A stretch of 7,197 nt of DNA, from NCBI GenBank assembly GCA_030704615.1, contig JAKLZA010000028.1, positions 1 through 7,197 on the forward strand, read 5' to 3'. Position 1 is the first letter of the stretch; the number at the start of each line of letters is the position of its first letter. Positions 5,210 to 7,197 of this stretch are shown here, in pieces. The DNA comes from Takakia lepidozioides. Taxonomy: Eukaryota > Plantae > Bryophyta. Below the pieces are notes generated by a model, which did no database searches, was not told where the DNA came from, and saw only the letters and a program-made list of their open reading frames with translations. A program made the translations under genes and the position numbers.

Positions 5210-7197
5210 TCATCCTATCATTCTAGATTTAACTAGGAATGAACTCAGCTTTCGCGGATTCCTCCAACAACTCATCGCTCGAGGAAGAAACCGAAGCTCC
5301 GGGACTTGCTGAAGCAACTCGTGGAGTCTAGGGTTAGGGTGGCCCCAAGTTCAAGGCTCGAGTGTACGAAGAGTAGTCGAGCTTAAGAACAAGGGGGCCC
5401 GTTTACCCTCAACTGCGCGTTGCGTCTGTTGGTCGAGTAGAGCGGATCTGAGGTCGTAGGAGATCTTGGTGAAGCAACTCCGGATGAACGCCGCCGGATA
5501 ACCTCGGGCTCGAAGACGTTTGTAAAACAAAAGTCGCAAATGTTTGAACCCTTGGATGGTGCTTTCTCGTATTACGTACCGTTGGAGCTCGCCGATGACG
5601 AAAGCTTTCTTTTGGTGATGTGGATGCCACGAGGACCAAGGCAAGTATTGATACTTGTTCTGGGCCTTTTGATGACATCTAGTAGAGAGCCGTCGAGTTT
5701 GGATGAAGTCGTCTTCTTTGAGGAAGGTGATATCCAAGATGTCGGCGGACGTCGGGCTTATGGCGGTCGTGATTTTGATGCCATCGAACATGGAACCGTA
5801 GTTCCGTAACCAGGACCGGAGGCTCTTTTCGGAGCCTACCCAGATGCCAAAGCCGTCGTCGATATAGCGCTTAAGATAAAGCAGCTCTTGCTCCGATGGG
5901 CACACGTACTCCATGTACAATCTCCAACCGACAGAGGAACAAACAAGCGTAAACAACTGCAAAGTTGCTCCCCATGGCCGTCCCGCGAATTTGGTGCCAA
6001 AAACTACCATTGAACTCAAGGTAATGGTGTTTCAAGACTAATCCAGCGAGGGTCATGATCAGGTCTTTTTTGTGTTTGGTGAATTACCTCCAATAGCACA
6101 TTCGAGCTCATACAAGCCGAGCTCGGTGATGATGCTGGGATATAGAGATTCCACGTCAAACGTAAAAAGAAGAGCATGCGAGGGGACCTCGAGTTGGGAA
6201 ACCTCTCGAAGAAGCGTGAGAGAATCAACCAAATGAGTGGGTTCCTTGAGAAGTACCGGAAGGAGTTGGTGATGGAGCCAAATTGAAGCATGCTCGAAGA
6301 TGTAGTTCTTGTAGGAACAAATGGGTCTTCCAACAAGCACGGGTTTGTGCACCTTCGGAATGAAGTACAAAGCACAAGCTCGAAAGTCCGTGGACGACGA
6401 GGGCGTTGGCGGATGTAATTCCATTCTTTGGTGGAGATCGCAAACCTGTAGATTGGATGGCAAGCCAGCACCTCCAACCTCGACCAAAGTTCTTCCCACG
6501 GTACGGAATCCACGGGACGATAAACTTCGGTGTCTGAGAGTTGCCGCATCGCCTCTTGCATGTACCAAGACTTGTCCATAAGCACAAGACCAAGATTTTT
6601 GTCGGCCGGCTTGATGACAAGGTCCGGATCCGACCTCAATCTTTTGAGAGCAAGTCTCAAGTGTCTCGGCAGACAAGGTCGTGCATTGCGGGCGATTCGA
6701 TCCAAACGGCTAGACAAAAGATCATTACCTTCTCGAATGATGGCCTCGAGCGGTTGAGATTCCACTGGCGGATTGAATGATGGATTCGGAACGCGCCAAA
6801 GAGGAACCTCGTCGTTGTCTTTGCCGGAGAAGTACGTTCGCAACCTCAAGCTTCGAGCAAAATTGTTGAATTCGGTGATGATTGAAGATCGGGAAGGGGG
6901 AAGAGGACGAGGAATGTAATTGAGACCAAGGCCCAGGAGTGTCGCTCCGCAAAGGAGAGAACCCTCTTGCTATAGTTGTGGATAGCAGTGTTGGTGACCC
7001 TGCATTCCACTTGGGAGGGAGTCTTCCTAGCAAAGAGCAACAAAGCGTAAGCCTTCGGGTCTACGAGCGGGTACCAAAAGAGACTCCTCGTGCGCCCCCG
7101 CGTCTGTGAGGAGGTACGTATGGCCGCTTCGTCTTTGTCGTCGTCGTCGTCGCACCCTTCGTCGTGGCCGGTTTTCCGTTGACCCTCGCTGAAGGTT
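5210..7197 (-). CDS. Penelope-like reverse transcriptase, unit B copy (5' end outside the window; split by different indels)
   Basis: Joined from ORFs 6846..7043, 6016..6849, 6059..6676, 5871..6056 and 5351..6019. YIDD at 5855-5866 and TGA stop at 5210-5212. Confidence 0.92.
7061..7197 (-). CDS. ORF1 C-terminal tail, unit B (partial)
   Basis: Matches 3535-3670, with the TAG at 7063-7061. Confidence 0.7.
   Translation of the reverse strand, partial: PSARVNGKPATTKGATTTTTKTKRPYVPPHRRGGARGVSFGTRS

Larger units (their letters stand above)
1..7197. repeat. Head-to-tail tandem array with a ~3.53 kb unit, about 2.04 copies
   Basis: Landmarks recur at a constant offset: telomeric junction 415/3947, hammerhead 1366/4903, YIDD codons 2323/5855, ORF1 stop 3535/7061. 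Position 1 corresponds to ~3545 and ~7071. Confidence 0.98.
3947..7197 (-). mobile_element. Same element, unit B (5' part runs off the window)
   Basis: Near-identical to 415-3670. Confidence 0.92.

Overview
The window holds about 2 head-to-tail copies (period ~3.53 kb) of an endonuclease-deficient Penelope-like retroelement (Athena/Coprina type), all encoded on the minus strand and joined by short plant-type telomeric tracts (TTTAGGG on +, CCCTAAA on the element's sense strand). Read 5'->3' on the minus strand, each unit contains five parts. (1) A basic ORF1 with no start codon that begins right at a telomeric tract. (2) A G_GGA_AAC slippery heptamer with a strong downstream stem or pseudoknot, leading by -1 frameshift into a ~700-codon PLE reverse transcriptase that lacks a usable AUG and has no GIY-YIG domain. 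(3) An AT-rich spacer carrying a plant snRNA-type promoter (USE ATCCCATATCG plus TATATAA). (4) A minimal type I hammerhead ribozyme just downstream of that promoter. (5) About 0.9 kb of hairpin-rich noncoding sequence ending in two CCCTAAA tracts. The reading-frame breaks differ between copies and are mostly 1-nt indels, often in homopolymers, so they look like long-read errors on an intact consensus. The host is probably a plant (inferred from TTTAGGG plus the USE), and the location is probably subtelomeric with the chromosome end to the right.
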